Source: Candidatus Beckwithbacteria bacterium
GTDB lineage: Bacteria > Patescibacteriota > Microgenomatia > UBA1400 > UBA1449
Direction: 5' to 3'
Assembly: GCA_012797845.1 (NCBI GenBank)
Contig: JAAZOH010000004.1
Coordinates: 1,658 to 65,657, forward strand
DNA: 64,000 nucleotides
Of the stretch, positions 1-10,472 are shown piece by piece. The notes under the pieces were generated by a model that was not told where the DNA came from, ran no database searches, and was given only the letters and a program-made list of their open reading frames with translations. The position numbers were made by a program, and so were the translations under genes. The number at the start of each line of letters is the position of its first letter. Position 1 is the first letter of the stretch.

Positions 1-596
1 TTGCTAAAGACTCTACTAATTCTCGAGTTTGGGATGAAACTATGCCAGCCTCTACCTATGCTTTTGCTATGGAAAAAGTGGCTATGATTTTTGCGCCAAG
101 TTGGCGAGCTTTTGAGATTCAAGATATCAATCCAAGCTTAGAATTTAAAACTGCTCCAGTTCCACAATTGCCTGGCGGAAAAACTACCTGGGCAACATAT
201 TGGGTAGAAGGAGTTTCTCGAAAAAGTAAAAATCCTACCGAAGCTTGGAAATTTCTAGCTTATCTTTCAAGTGATGAAGTTTTAACTAAGCTCTATACTG
301 CCCAATCAAACGTACGGATGTTTGGCGAACCATATCCAAAACCAAGTCTAGCTGAAACTATTATGACTGGGTCAGTAGCTAAGGCGTTTGTTGATCAAGG
401 TACTAATGCTAGAAGCTGGTATTTATCCTCCCGGACATTTGATAATGGTATTAATGATCGGATTATCAAATATTATGAAGATGCTGTTAATGCGGTTAAT
501 GATGGTCAGCAACCCGCAAAAGTCTTACCTACTCTTGGGCAGGGAGTAGCTCAGGTTTTACAACAATACAACGTTACTACTTCTGCTTCCCAATAA
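1..596 (+). CDS. Extracellular solute-binding protein, C-terminal fragment. The gene starts upstream of the window.
   Basis: The frame is open from nt 3 with no upstream stop, so the Met at 42 is internal. Composition (WATYW, KFLAYLSS, YYEDAVNAV) is typical of the C-terminal lobe of family-1 sugar ABC binding proteins. Confidence 0.45.
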   Translation, partial: AKDSTNSRVWDETMPASTYAFAMEKVAMIFAPSWRAFEIQDINPSLEFKTAPVPQLPGGKTTWATYWVEGVSRKSKNPTEAWKFLAYLSSDEVLTKLYTAQSNVRMFGEPYPKPSLAETIMTGSVAKAFVDQGTNARSWYLSSRTFDNGINDRIIKYYEDAVNAVNDGQQPAKVLPTLGQGVAQVLQQYNVTTSASQ

Positions 597-639
597 GTTT
601 GATTGTGTTTTTCCTCAAGATGATGTCTAATATTGCCTA

Positions 640-1512
640 ATGGATACTATTACCCAGGCCATTATCAAAACTCTTATATATGCTGATTTGTTTGCATGGC
701 CACTAACAGAATCAGAGCTGTATACCAAGTTGCAATCAAAAAAAATAATCAATAAACCTGCTTTTGCAAAAAAACTCCAAACGGCTCTTAAAAACAAATA
801 CATTAACTTTAGCAAAGGCTTTTATTTTTTACCTAAAAAAAACAAGTTAGTTTCCAAACGATTAACTGCTAAACCAATATATGCCCAAAAACTTGAGAAG
901 GCTCAAAAGTTGAGTCACTTGTTACAATTTTGTCCAGGAGTTTTGGCGATTTGCCTGACTGGCTCGATGGCAGTTGGTAATGTAAAAAAAGATGACGACC
1001 TTGATTTTTTGATTATCACCAAACCTAACCAGCTGTGGCTAGCTCGTTTTCTAGTGCTTGGAATGGCTCAACTTCTAGGAGTGCGGCGAAAACCACATGA
1101 CCATACGGTTACTGACAAATTATGCCTTAATATTTTTCTAGAAGAGGGTTATTTACTGATTCCTCAAAAAATCCAAAATCTATTTACAGCTCACGAGTTA
1201 GTTCAATTACAGGTTCTAGCCGGGCCAGAGTTTTTTTATCAAAAAATTATTTGCAGTAATCCTTGGATCAAGCAGTATTTAGCCAATGCTTTTTATATAT
1301 GTCAAAAAAAGCCTGAAACAGGTAAAACTTATTCATCAAATATCTGGACTTTAATTAATAAAATTAGTTATCAGTTTCAGATGTGGTATATGCGGTCAAA
1401 ACAAACTCGGGAATTGATTAGCTATCACTTTGCCTTTTTCCATCCCCAAGATAAAGCTCTGGAAATCTTAAAACGATTTCAGACTGGAAAAAAACAGTTT
1501 GGCTTGATATAA
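640..1512 (+). CDS. Hypothetical protein with a nucleotidyltransferase-like motif.
   Basis: 290 aa ORF. The motif GSMAVGNVKKDDDLDFLII resembles the GS-x9-DxD minimal nucleotidyltransferase fold. No further family assignment is possible. Confidence 0.4.
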   Translation: MDTITQAIIKTLIYADLFAWPLTESELYTKLQSKKIINKPAFAKKLQTALKNKYINFSKGFYFLPKKNKLVSKRLTAKPIYAQKLEKAQKLSHLLQFCPGVLAICLTGSMAVGNVKKDDDLDFLIITKPNQLWLARFLVLGMAQLLGVRRKPHDHTVTDKLCLNIFLEEGYLLIPQKIQNLFTAHELVQLQVLAGPEFFYQKIICSNPWIKQYLANAFYICQKKPETGKTYSSNIWTLINKISYQFQMWYMRSKQTRELISYHFAFFHPQDKALEILKRFQTGKKQFGLI

Positions 1513-1575
1513 TAAGGAAACTATAAACCTGTAACCCTCCTTGATCTACACAAGCGTGCCCATCAAGCAAAATCT

Positions 1576-2103
1576 ATGGGAAGTTTATCTGGGAAAAAGG
1601 TGATTTTCATTTTAGCTCCTGCTAATTTTCGTGATGAAGAATATTTCCAACCTAAAGTAGTGCTTCAATCTCAAGGAGCAGAAGTGCTAACTGTGGCTAA
1701 AGGTGATCCTGAGGAAATGACTGGTACTCAAGGTGGTAAAGCTCGAACCGATGCTAAATTTGCCGATATCAATCCTGAAACAGTTGATGGTCTAATTTTT
1801 GTAGGCGGTGCTGGTGCCAGTACCTATTTCAACTACAAAACAGTTCACAAACAAATCCAAGCCTTTGCTCAAGCTAATAAAATTTTAGGTGCTATTTGTA
1901 TTGCACCTTCTATTTTGGCCAATGCCGATATTTTAAAAGGTAAAAAAGTTACTGCCTCTGAAAGTCAAAAAGAGAACTTGCAAGCCAAGGGAGCAAAATA
2001 CCAAAATCAAGCAGTTGTAGTTGACGACAACATTATTACTGCCAATGGTCCGGAAGCAGCAATTGCATTTGGTGAAGCCTTAGCTAAAGCCTTAGTAGCT
2101 TAA
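1576..2103 (+). CDS. DJ-1/PfpI family protein (class-I glutamine amidotransferase-like).
   Basis: 175 aa with the GKKVIFIL...AICIAP...ITANGP layout and the conserved nucleophile-elbow Cys (AICIAP). Confidence 0.7.
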   Translation: MGSLSGKKVIFILAPANFRDEEYFQPKVVLQSQGAEVLTVAKGDPEEMTGTQGGKARTDAKFADINPETVDGLIFVGGAGASTYFNYKTVHKQIQAFAQANKILGAICIAPSILANADILKGKKVTASESQKENLQAKGAKYQNQAVVVDDNIITANGPEAAIAFGEALAKALVA

Positions 2104-2139
2104 TTTGACAGGTATGCACTTTTTAGCTAGAGTGCTGTC

Positions 2140-2679
2140 ATGGGCCAAATTATTGACTTTTCTCAACTAAATTTACTGTCCAGCACCTTACATAAAAATA
2201 AAAAACGGATTGTTTTAGCTACCGGAGTGTATGATTTACTCCATCCTGGTCATCAACTATTTTTGCAAAAAGCTAAACGTTTAGGAGACATCCTGTTTGT
2301 TGGTTTGGAAAGTGATGCACGGGTTAAACAGCTTAAGGGACCAGGCCGGCCAGTAGAGGATTTGCAGACTCGGCTACAAAAAGTTACCAAACATACAGTA
2401 GCCGATTATGTGTTTTCGTTACCAACTACTTTTGACAAACCCAGAGTTCGGGAAGCATTGATTACAACAATCAAGCCCAATTTTTTAGCTGTTTCAGACC
2501 ACACTCCATTTCAAAAACAAAAACAGGTAATACTGAAAAAATATGGTGGTACAATGCAAATAGTTGCAAAGCAAATTCCTGGTTTCTCAACCACTGCTCA
2601 AATTAGCAGTAAGCAGCGAATACCGCTACTTGACAAGGGTGAAGAGATTAGTAAAATAGCACTCGGAAGTAAAGACTGA
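2140..2679 (+). CDS. Cytidylyltransferase-like nucleotidyltransferase (HxGH motif; RfaE domain II / TagD-like).
   Basis: GVYDLLHPGH matches the G-x-FD-x-xH-x-GH signature of cytidylyltransferase-fold enzymes. 179 aa. The 3' end overlaps the groES promoter and operator. Confidence 0.55.
   Translation: MGQIIDFSQLNLLSSTLHKNKKRIVLATGVYDLLHPGHQLFLQKAKRLGDILFVGLESDARVKQLKGPGRPVEDLQTRLQKVTKHTVADYVFSLPTTFDKPRVREALITTIKPNFLAVSDHTPFQKQKQVILKKYGGTMQIVAKQIPGFSTTAQISSKQRIPLLDKGEEISKIALGSKD
2630..2657 (+). promoter_or_regulatory. Candidate sigma-70-type promoter of groES-groEL.
   Basis: TTGACA at 2630-2635, a 16 nt spacer, then TAAAAT at 2652-2657. It lies about 75 nt upstream of the groES ATG and is immediately followed by a CIRCE-like element. 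Confidence 0.4.
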
Positions 2680-2682
2680 TAG
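2656..2682 (+). promoter_or_regulatory. CIRCE-like HrcA operator (degenerate 9-N9-9 inverted repeat).
   Basis: ATAGCACTC-GGAAGTAAA-GACTGATAG compared with consensus TTAGCACTC-N9-GAGTGCTAA. The left arm matches 8/9 and the right arm 6/9, and the length is 27 nt. hrcA is present in the window. Confidence 0.35.
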
Positions 2683-2732
2683 TTTTCATTTGTTAGTTTT
2701 ATTAACAAATTTATTTGAAAGGAGGTCGCACT

Positions 2733-3020
2733 ATGGCAACGCCAAAATTGCAACCTACAGCCGGGTATATCCTACTCGAACCTCAGGAAGCTACTAAAAA
2801 AACCGCTTCCGGTATTTATTTACCAGATTCTCACGACGAAAAACCTCAGCAGGCTAAAGTTTTAGCAGTTGGTCCTGAGACCAAAAAAGCTAAAGCTCCT
2901 GTTAAAGTTGGTGATATGGTAATTTACAAAAAATGGGGCGGAGATGAAATCAAGCTTAGTTTGACTGACAAAGAGTTAGTTTTTGTCAAATTTGAAGACG
3001 TTTTAGCAATTGTTAAATAA
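2733..3020 (+). CDS. groES: Co-chaperonin GroES.
   Basis: MATPKLQPTAGYILLEP...VGDMVIYKKWGG is a canonical GroES sequence. The RBS AAAGGAGG sits 7 nt upstream of the ATG at 2733, so the ORF-track start at 2715 is probably too early. Confidence 0.9.
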   Translation: MATPKLQPTAGYILLEPQEATKKTASGIYLPDSHDEKPQQAKVLAVGPETKKAKAPVKVGDMVIYKKWGGDEIKLSLTDKELVFVKFEDVLAIVK

Positions 3021-3067
3021 ATTATAAAATTTGAGATCTAAATTCTAAGGTATGTAGAATTTAGTAA

Positions 3068-4747
<1,680 letters not shown>

Positions 4748-4767
4748 AGCTTTAGAAGCAATAAAAG

Positions 4768-4796
4768 AAAAAGCCCCGAGCAATCGGGGCTTTTTG
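4768..4796 (+). terminator. Rho-independent terminator of groESL.
   Basis: AAAAAGCCCCGAGCAATCGGGGCTTTTT: a GC stem GCCCCG/CGGGGC followed by a T-run, 20 nt after the groEL stop. Confidence 0.7.
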
Positions 4797-4861
4797 TGAT
4801 TTACATTAGGAAAGATAGTATGTTATTTTAAAATAATATATTATTATAAGATTTTATAAAA

Positions 4862-5935
4862 ATGTCTATAGCTGAGAGATTATCTCCACCTATTCAAGTT
4901 GGAGACAGGACTATTGCAGAAGAAGAAATGATCGAAAGAGCAAAATTAGATCAGGGGATACTAGAATGGGTAACTGGATTATATCGAAGTGGAGAGTCAT
5001 TAGAAAATATGTATGCTTTGGGGTTAGATAGAACAGAGTATACAGTATCTCTTTGTGCTACGAATGAACAAGGATATATTATTCCTTTTAGACAAAATGA
5101 TGATTCTATCGAGTCCTCAACTATAAAAGCGCGGCTAGAAATTGCTGAAAGAGGCAAACCTGTTACGATTGCAATTGGAATAAATAATGGGCAAGTAACA
5201 GTTTTAAATCCTGAAACACGTAAGCCAGATAGCTATACGGCGGTCTTTGCCGGTCAACACAATAAGGTAGTTGGGCAAACACTTGAACTAGCTGGTAATA
5301 CTTATACTCGAGAAAAAATTTTACAATTTATTGATCTTAGTGATGGTTTAGTTTGTCCGAATACTCAAGTTAAAGAATTAGAACCTATAGTTGACCACAA
5401 CCTTTTAGAGGTTGATGGTTTCGTAAGAAGAAGTGAAGCCTTAAGAGAACTCAATGAATCACATCCTTTATTAATACAGTTTTTAGTTGGTAGAATTGTT
5501 AGTTATTTACAACAAAATAATATACAAGGAGAGGCACTTGCCAATAAACCCATATTTGAGCTATTGAGTATTCTTCCGCCTGAAGCAATAATTCCTCATT
5601 TCAGATGTGGATATAGATTACCTCAAAAAAAAGTTCAAAACTGGATTGAAAATCTGACCTCTAGGATTAATGATGATCTTGGACAGATAGAGAAGCGTAA
5701 TAAAGTTAGAGCTTTATTGGGCACTTTAAATATTTTGGTTGCTTCTATGGTTATTACGAATGCTTGTAGAATTACGAATTTTCCTTTAGAACTATCTAGC
5801 GCAGCTTCAGTGACTTCAGCAGCTACACTTTACTTTTTGATGCTAGAGTCAAGATCTCAAAATTCCTTGGAAACAACAAGAAACTATTGTGAACAAATGC
5901 AGAGAATTATTGACCAATTAAAAAGTTTTCAATAA
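4862..5935 (+). CDS. Hypothetical protein (357 aa, no recognisable domain, AT-rich).
   Basis: Long uninterrupted ORF preceded by a very AT-rich promoter-like region. No TM segments and no motifs I can assign. Lower GC than the flanking groEL. Confidence 0.5.
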   Translation: MSIAERLSPPIQVGDRTIAEEEMIERAKLDQGILEWVTGLYRSGESLENMYALGLDRTEYTVSLCATNEQGYIIPFRQNDDSIESSTIKARLEIAERGKPVTIAIGINNGQVTVLNPETRKPDSYTAVFAGQHNKVVGQTLELAGNTYTREKILQFIDLSDGLVCPNTQVKELEPIVDHNLLEVDGFVRRSEALRELNESHPLLIQFLVGRIVSYLQQNNIQGEALANKPIFELLSILPPEAIIPHFRCGYRLPQKKVQNWIENLTSRINDDLGQIEKRNKVRALLGTLNILVASMVITNACRITNFPLELSSAASVTSAATLYFLMLESRSQNSLETTRNYCEQMQRIIDQLKSFQ

Positions 5936-5947
5936 TTAATGATATCT

Positions 5948-6778
5948 TTAATTTTCCAGCTCCACCGACTTAATCTCAGCAGAAAACGTAGCCATTTTTT
6001 CAACCAATTCCTGATCAATAGAATTATCAGTAGCAATCAAAACAGCATCATCAGTAGGAGTTGATAAAGAAATATAGCTGGTTTCAAACCCGTCAGGTAA
6101 AACAGTCAGTGGATCAATAACTACTCCATTTTGGTATACCTCAAAGTGAAGATGAGGTCCAGTACTCCAACCAGTAGAACCAACGTGACCTAAGACTGTA
6201 TCTTTATCTACTTCTTGTCCAATAGCAATATCAATATTTTGCAAATGAGCATATCGAGATTCAATGCCATTCTCGTGCTTGACTAAAACACTCAAGCCAT
6301 AGCCAAAAGCAGTATTTTCAATTGAAACTATCTTGCCTGAAGCAATTGGGTGAACTAGGTAGTTATTATTTCCGGCAATATCAATACCAGGGTGATACCA
6401 GGTAAAACTTTGAGAAATATAGCCGGCAACAGGTTGGCGAAATACTGTTTCGGTTTTTACTGGCTCTTCCTGTATCGTAATTTTAGTAAGCTCTGGTTTT
6501 CCGCTATCTGATTCTTGAGCAAAAATTGAGCCTTGTAAAATTGAAGCCAGGACAATAAAAATTGCCAGATTAATACCAATAATCTGCTTGGCTCTCTTAG
6601 CTTCAAATAGTTTTCTAAAAAACTTTGAAATAGGATGGCCAAGACGGCTATCTAAAGGAAAGATTGTCCTCCACAGTAAATACGGCATAGCTAGTAATAA
6701 AGCTATGATTTGATTGACTATGAAAAAAAGGACATTAAAGACTGTTTCAGAAAAAGACTGTTTAACAGATCGTTTCAT
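5948..6778 (-). CDS. M23 family metallopeptidase (LytM domain) with an N-terminal membrane anchor.
   Basis: HPGIDIAG...GHVGSTGWSTGPHLHFEV matches the HxxxD / HxH zinc-binding signatures of peptidase M23. N-terminal TM segments are present. Confidence 0.8.
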   Translation of the reverse strand: MKRSVKQSFSETVFNVLFFIVNQIIALLLAMPYLLWRTIFPLDSRLGHPISKFFRKLFEAKRAKQIIGINLAIFIVLASILQGSIFAQESDSGKPELTKITIQEEPVKTETVFRQPVAGYISQSFTWYHPGIDIAGNNNYLVHPIASGKIVSIENTAFGYGLSVLVKHENGIESRYAHLQNIDIAIGQEVDKDTVLGHVGSTGWSTGPHLHFEVYQNGVVIDPLTVLPDGFETSYISLSTPTDDAVLIATDNSIDQELVEKMATFSAEIKSVELEN

Positions 6779-6906
6779 GATGCAGCTTTTAAGCTGCCAA
6801 AGTAGAGTTTTTACTAAGCTATCACCTTTGTGGTGAGGAGAAGCTAAGCAAATTTAGATTTAAATTTGACAACTTCCCTTGTCGTTTTTATCCGACTTGA
6901 CTTAGT

Positions 6907-6937
6907 AAAAAACAAAATCTTTCCAAGTGTGGAAAGA
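6907..6937 (-). terminator. Rho-independent terminator downstream of tRNA-Cys.
   Basis: On the minus strand, TCTTTCCA-cact-TGGAAAGA forms a perfect 8 bp stem, followed by TTTTGTTTTTT. Confidence 0.5.
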
Positions 6938-7016
6938 ATTGCAGAATTTTAGCATATTTAATATGCAAAGTCAAGTAGTTATAGGGATATTCTGGGAAGT
7001 TTTAAGGCTAAAAATA

Positions 7017-7090
7017 TGGAGGCCTGGAGGGGAATCGAACCCCTGTACGCGGTTTTGCAGACCGCTACGTAACCACTCCGTCACCAGGCC
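7017..7090 (-). tRNA. tRNA-Cys (anticodon GCA).
   Basis: Reverse complement GGCCTGGTGACGGAGTGGTTACGTAGCGGTCTGCAAAACCGCGTACAGGGGTTCGATTCCCCTCCAGGCCTCCA. It has a 7 bp acceptor stem, a T-loop GGTTCGATTCC, an anticodon loop CTGCAAA, and an encoded CCA. Confidence 0.85.
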
Positions 7091-7169
7091 TTTTTTGAAA
7101 CTTCTTTATTTTATCATGACAGACTGTTTTTTTAGACGTAATTTATGTCAGTTGTGGTATGATTAAAAT

Positions 7170-8084
7170 ATGAAACTTTGGCCCAAAGGATTACTTATTG
7201 TTTTGACTGCTTTTCTCTTATCTTCCTGCTCTATTCCTTTTATTGGTGATGGTAAAAAAGCGGCTTTATCAGTTAATACTACCCCAAAAGCCAGCATTTT
7301 TCTTGACGGCAATCATATTGGTTCAACCCCATTTTATGAGGAAAATCTAAAGCCTGGAGAATACACCATTAAACTTGTACCAGAGGATGGAGTTGGAACA
7401 GCCTGGGAAAAACGAATTACCTTAGCTAAAGGCATTTTGACTGTGGTGTCTCGAGAAATGGGAGAAACCCAAGAACTTTCCAGTGGTTATGATCTTTCAC
7501 TGGAAGCAGATCAAAAAGACAAAACAACCATGTCGGTAGTAACTACGCCAGAGGGAGCAATTATAGCTATTGATGGAGAGCCAATTGGTTTTGCTCCTCA
7601 GACTGTAGAAGATTTATCTGCTGGTGATCACACTATCCTAATTTCCTCGCCCGGATATGTTGAGAAAAGCTTCAAAGCTCAGCTTATTGAAGGATATAAA
7701 CTAATTGCCAGTGTCCAACTGGCTAAATCTGATGAACCAGTAGCTCAGGAAGATACAAATTCAGACAAAACAACAGGTACTGCTGACGAAGAGACTAAAC
7801 AGGAAGAAGATAAAGCATTAGATGCTAATTTAGATGAAGAAACAGAGGAAACAGAAAAAGTTGGAGCTAATTTAAAACGACCTTATGTGACTATCAATGA
7901 AACTCCTACGGGCTGGCTTAATGTTCGTAAAGGCCCTAGTACCTCTGATGAACTTATTACTAAAGTTAATCCTGGCGATTCATACAAATATCTAGAAGCT
8001 AATGATACAGGTTGGTATAAAATTGAGCTGGAAGATGGTCAAGAAGCCTGGCTTTCCTCTAAATACGTGACTTTATACGAGTAA
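7170..8084 (+). CDS. Lipoprotein with two PEGA domains and a C-terminal bacterial SH3 (SH3b) domain.
   Basis: Signal peptide with a lipobox (LLSSC). PEGA-like motifs appear twice (PKASIFLDGNHIGSTP and PEGAIIAIDGEPIGFAP). An acidic linker precedes a C-terminal WLNVRKGPSTS...GWYKI SH3b-like segment. Confidence 0.65.
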   Translation: MKLWPKGLLIVLTAFLLSSCSIPFIGDGKKAALSVNTTPKASIFLDGNHIGSTPFYEENLKPGEYTIKLVPEDGVGTAWEKRITLAKGILTVVSREMGETQELSSGYDLSLEADQKDKTTMSVVTTPEGAIIAIDGEPIGFAPQTVEDLSAGDHTILISSPGYVEKSFKAQLIEGYKLIASVQLAKSDEPVAQEDTNSDKTTGTADEETKQEEDKALDANLDEETEETEKVGANLKRPYVTINETPTGWLNVRKGPSTSDELITKVNPGDSYKYLEANDTGWYKIELEDGQEAWLSSKYVTLYE

Positions 8085-8087
8085 GTT

Positions 8088-9020
8088 TTAGGCTATTCCG
8101 TAGATAATAATTATCAGTAAAATTACCCAGATTCCTACAGTTAAAATTAGTGGCCAATCGTTAAGTAGTACCTCCTCAGGTGATTCCCCTTTATCTTGAT
8201 CATAAATCAGTTGTAAATAACGCATAACCCCATAAATTACTAGAGGAATGGTGAGCATGAGCAATTTTTGGTTGACAAAGGCTCGAGGTAGATCAGCCAT
8301 AAGCGTCAGGACATTGCCTTGAGTAATAAATACCTGCTGCTGAAACGTAAATAAGGCATAGGTTAACCACGTAGTATTGGCAAACATAGAAGTATAAATA
8401 CCAAGTAAATTCTCTGGGTAATGAGATAAAACCTGACGCTGAGCTTTAAGTGATTTTGAGCGAAGTAAGGTTTTTTCAGACCGTCTTTTGCCTATAGCTA
8501 AAAATAGGGAAAAGGAGACCACGCAGAGCAGTAACCAGACATTGATATGGGCATCTATGGCAACAGCACCAGCATATACTCTTAAGATGAAGCCGCTAGC
8601 AATAGCCATGACATCTAAGATCGGGATGTGTTTAAGCCAGAGGGTATAAGCAAAGTGCAGCAAGACATACAAAAAGCTTAAAAAGAAAAAGAAAAAAGAA
8701 ATTTGTAAAGCTAGCCACATACTGATAGTGAAAAGCAAAATAGCAATAAATAAAGCAGTGGGAATTGGAACTTTTCCAGAGGCAATAGGTCGATTTTTTT
8801 TCAGAGGATGAAGCCTATCAGAGGGAGCATCAATAATATCATTGAAAATGTAAACTGAAGAAGTAATCAGGCAAAAAACAGCTGTAGCCTGCAGGACTGT
8901 CAAAAATTTATCAGGAATAAACAACCAGCCCGTAAATACCAAGCCAGTAAATAGGCTTACATTTTTGAGCCATTGTCTGGGGCGGGCCGATTTGATGATG
9001 CCAAAAACTGCTTGATCCAT
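8088..9020 (-). CDS. UbiA-family prenyltransferase, decaprenyl-phosphate phosphoribosyltransferase (DPPR synthase)-like.
   Basis: N-terminal RPRQWLKN and the NDIIDAPSDRLHPLKKNRP motif (UbiA D-rich motif). Multi-TM. It overlaps the upstream gene by 64 nt. Confidence 0.7.
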   Translation of the reverse strand: MDQAVFGIIKSARPRQWLKNVSLFTGLVFTGWLFIPDKFLTVLQATAVFCLITSSVYIFNDIIDAPSDRLHPLKKNRPIASGKVPIPTALFIAILLFTISMWLALQISFFFFFLSFLYVLLHFAYTLWLKHIPILDVMAIASGFILRVYAGAVAIDAHINVWLLLCVVSFSLFLAIGKRRSEKTLLRSKSLKAQRQVLSHYPENLLGIYTSMFANTTWLTYALFTFQQQVFITQGNVLTLMADLPRAFVNQKLLMLTIPLVIYGVMRYLQLIYDQDKGESPEEVLLNDWPLILTVGIWVILLIIIIYGIA

Positions 9021-10048
9021 AGAAGAAAAATTCCAAAACCAATAATCAGTATCATGATTGTATAGAATTTTTGCTGGCTATTCAATCTAAGGGCGATAAA
9101 CCCTAGGATAGCCGTAATTACCCAGTAAAAAACTGCCACTCGTTGCTTGCTCCAGCCTAATTTTAACAAAGTATGATGAAGGTGTCTGGTATCACCCCAG
9201 ATAGGTGATTTGCCAGCAGCTATTCGTCTGATAATGACAAACACCGCATCAATAATCGGAATACCTAAAACTACCAGTAAAGTACCAACTTTAGTAGTTG
9301 ATAATATGGCTAGAGTGGCCAGGAAATAGCCTGCTAGTGAACCAGCTCCATAGCCCGGTAGAATTTTTTGGGGAAAAAAATTCCAAGGCAAAAACCCCAA
9401 ATAAGCTCCCGCTACAACAAGAGCTAAAATGCCAGTTGTCCATTGAGTAATATCAGCTGAAAATGTCTGCGATAAAAGTGCAATAGTAATAGCAGCAATG
9501 GCTACGGTGCCAGGTAGTTGCCCATCTAAACCCTTTGACCAGTTGACAAAATTCATCAATCCCACAATCCAAAACAGAGCAAATAGATCAGCTAAGACCC
9601 AAATAGTTCGTAACTTACCAAATAGATATAAAGGGATTTGAGGTTGGTTCAAATAGATCAGAGATGCTCCAAAAGGATTAGTCAGAAAAGGAATGCCAAT
9701 GCCGGCGGCCACTACACAGGCAGCTGCTAAAAACCCTATGCCAATTCGTAATGTAGGATTTAAGTCAAAAATATCATCCAGAATACCAGTAATAGTCAGT
9801 ATTAAGCCTCCCAGTAAAATGCCTATAACATGTTTATCTAAAGGCAAAAATAATAAGGTAGCTAGTAAAATAGCTCCAAAGATAGCTAAGCCTCCTCCTC
9901 GAGGCAAAGGTTTAGTATGGATATGTTTAGGATGGGTTTTTCCAGCTGGATTATCAAGCCAGTTTTGACGGTGATAAAACCAAATTACCAAAGGAGTTAA
10001 ACCAAGACCTAAGATTAAACTAACGATAAAAGGCCAAAAAGATAACAT
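8957..10048 (-). CDS. Glycosyltransferase family 4 (MraY/WecA-like polyprenyl-phosphate sugar-1-phosphate transferase).
   Basis: Multi-TM protein with the LDDIFDL motif and a WecA/MraY-like cytoplasmic loop HHTLLKLGWS. Confidence 0.7.
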   Translation of the reverse strand: MLSFWPFIVSLILGLGLTPLVIWFYHRQNWLDNPAGKTHPKHIHTKPLPRGGGLAIFGAILLATLLFLPLDKHVIGILLGGLILTITGILDDIFDLNPTLRIGIGFLAAACVVAAGIGIPFLTNPFGASLIYLNQPQIPLYLFGKLRTIWVLADLFALFWIVGLMNFVNWSKGLDGQLPGTVAIAAITIALLSQTFSADITQWTTGILALVVAGAYLGFLPWNFFPQKILPGYGAGSLAGYFLATLAILSTTKVGTLLVVLGIPIIDAVFVIIRRIAAGKSPIWGDTRHLHHTLLKLGWSKQRVAVFYWVITAILGFIALRLNSQQKFYTIMILIIGFGIFLLWIKQFLASSNRPAPDNGSKM

Positions 10049-10051
10049 AGT

Positions 10052-10450
10052 TTAGGCAAGAATCAGAACGATTCTAATAACACTAATGGTTGAAAATAAA
10101 GTAATAATCAGTTGGGCCCAGAGCAAAATCTGTGGTAATAATGGGTCTTTGCGAATAAACATGCTGGCTAACCGGCTATTAATAATAAAAAACAGAGTGG
10201 CTAAGCCAGGAGACAGAGCCAGCCAAAGTTTAGGAATTAACTGTTCTTCTCCCCAAGGTTTACTAAAAAGTAACGGGATCTGAGGAGGAAGATATTGCAG
10301 ACTTAAGCCAAAAACTAGCCAGGAAATACCAAGTAACAAAATAATTAAACGAATGAAAGCTAAAGATTGAGGATGTTTCAGTAGACTATCAAATTCTGCT
10401 TGAGCAGTTTTGATTGAAGCATTATTTGATCTAAGAGTAAGTGGTTTCAT
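10052..10450 (-). CDS. Hypothetical membrane protein.
   Basis: Hydrophobic ORF. The start is chosen at the internal Met (MKPLTL) to avoid the 65 nt overlap with the GT2 gene. The ORF-track start at 10537 is also possible. Confidence 0.4.
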   Translation of the reverse strand: MKPLTLRSNNASIKTAQAEFDSLLKHPQSLAFIRLIILLLGISWLVFGLSLQYLPPQIPLLFSKPWGEEQLIPKLWLALSPGLATLFFIINSRLASMFIRKDPLLPQILLWAQLIITLFSTISVIRIVLILA

Positions 10451-10472
10451 GGCTAATTTATTGTAGCAAAAG

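Noticed and set aside
6927-7166. 79 aa plus-strand ORF.
   Set aside because: It overlaps tRNA-Cys (7017-7090, minus strand) almost completely and has no RBS. It is a chance ORF across the tRNA gene and its promoter.
8957-9020. The 64 nt overlap between the UbiA-like and MraY/WecA-like genes as a possible frameshift or fusion.
   Set aside because: Both proteins look complete at their termini. The UbiA N-terminus has the family RPRQW start, and the WecA-like C-terminus is of normal length. The overlap is probably genuine or reflects a slightly later start, not a disrupted gene.
9693-10283. Plus-strand ORFs 9693-9968 and 10086-10283.
   Set aside because: They lie antisense to well-supported membrane protein genes and carry no motifs. 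They are likely spurious.
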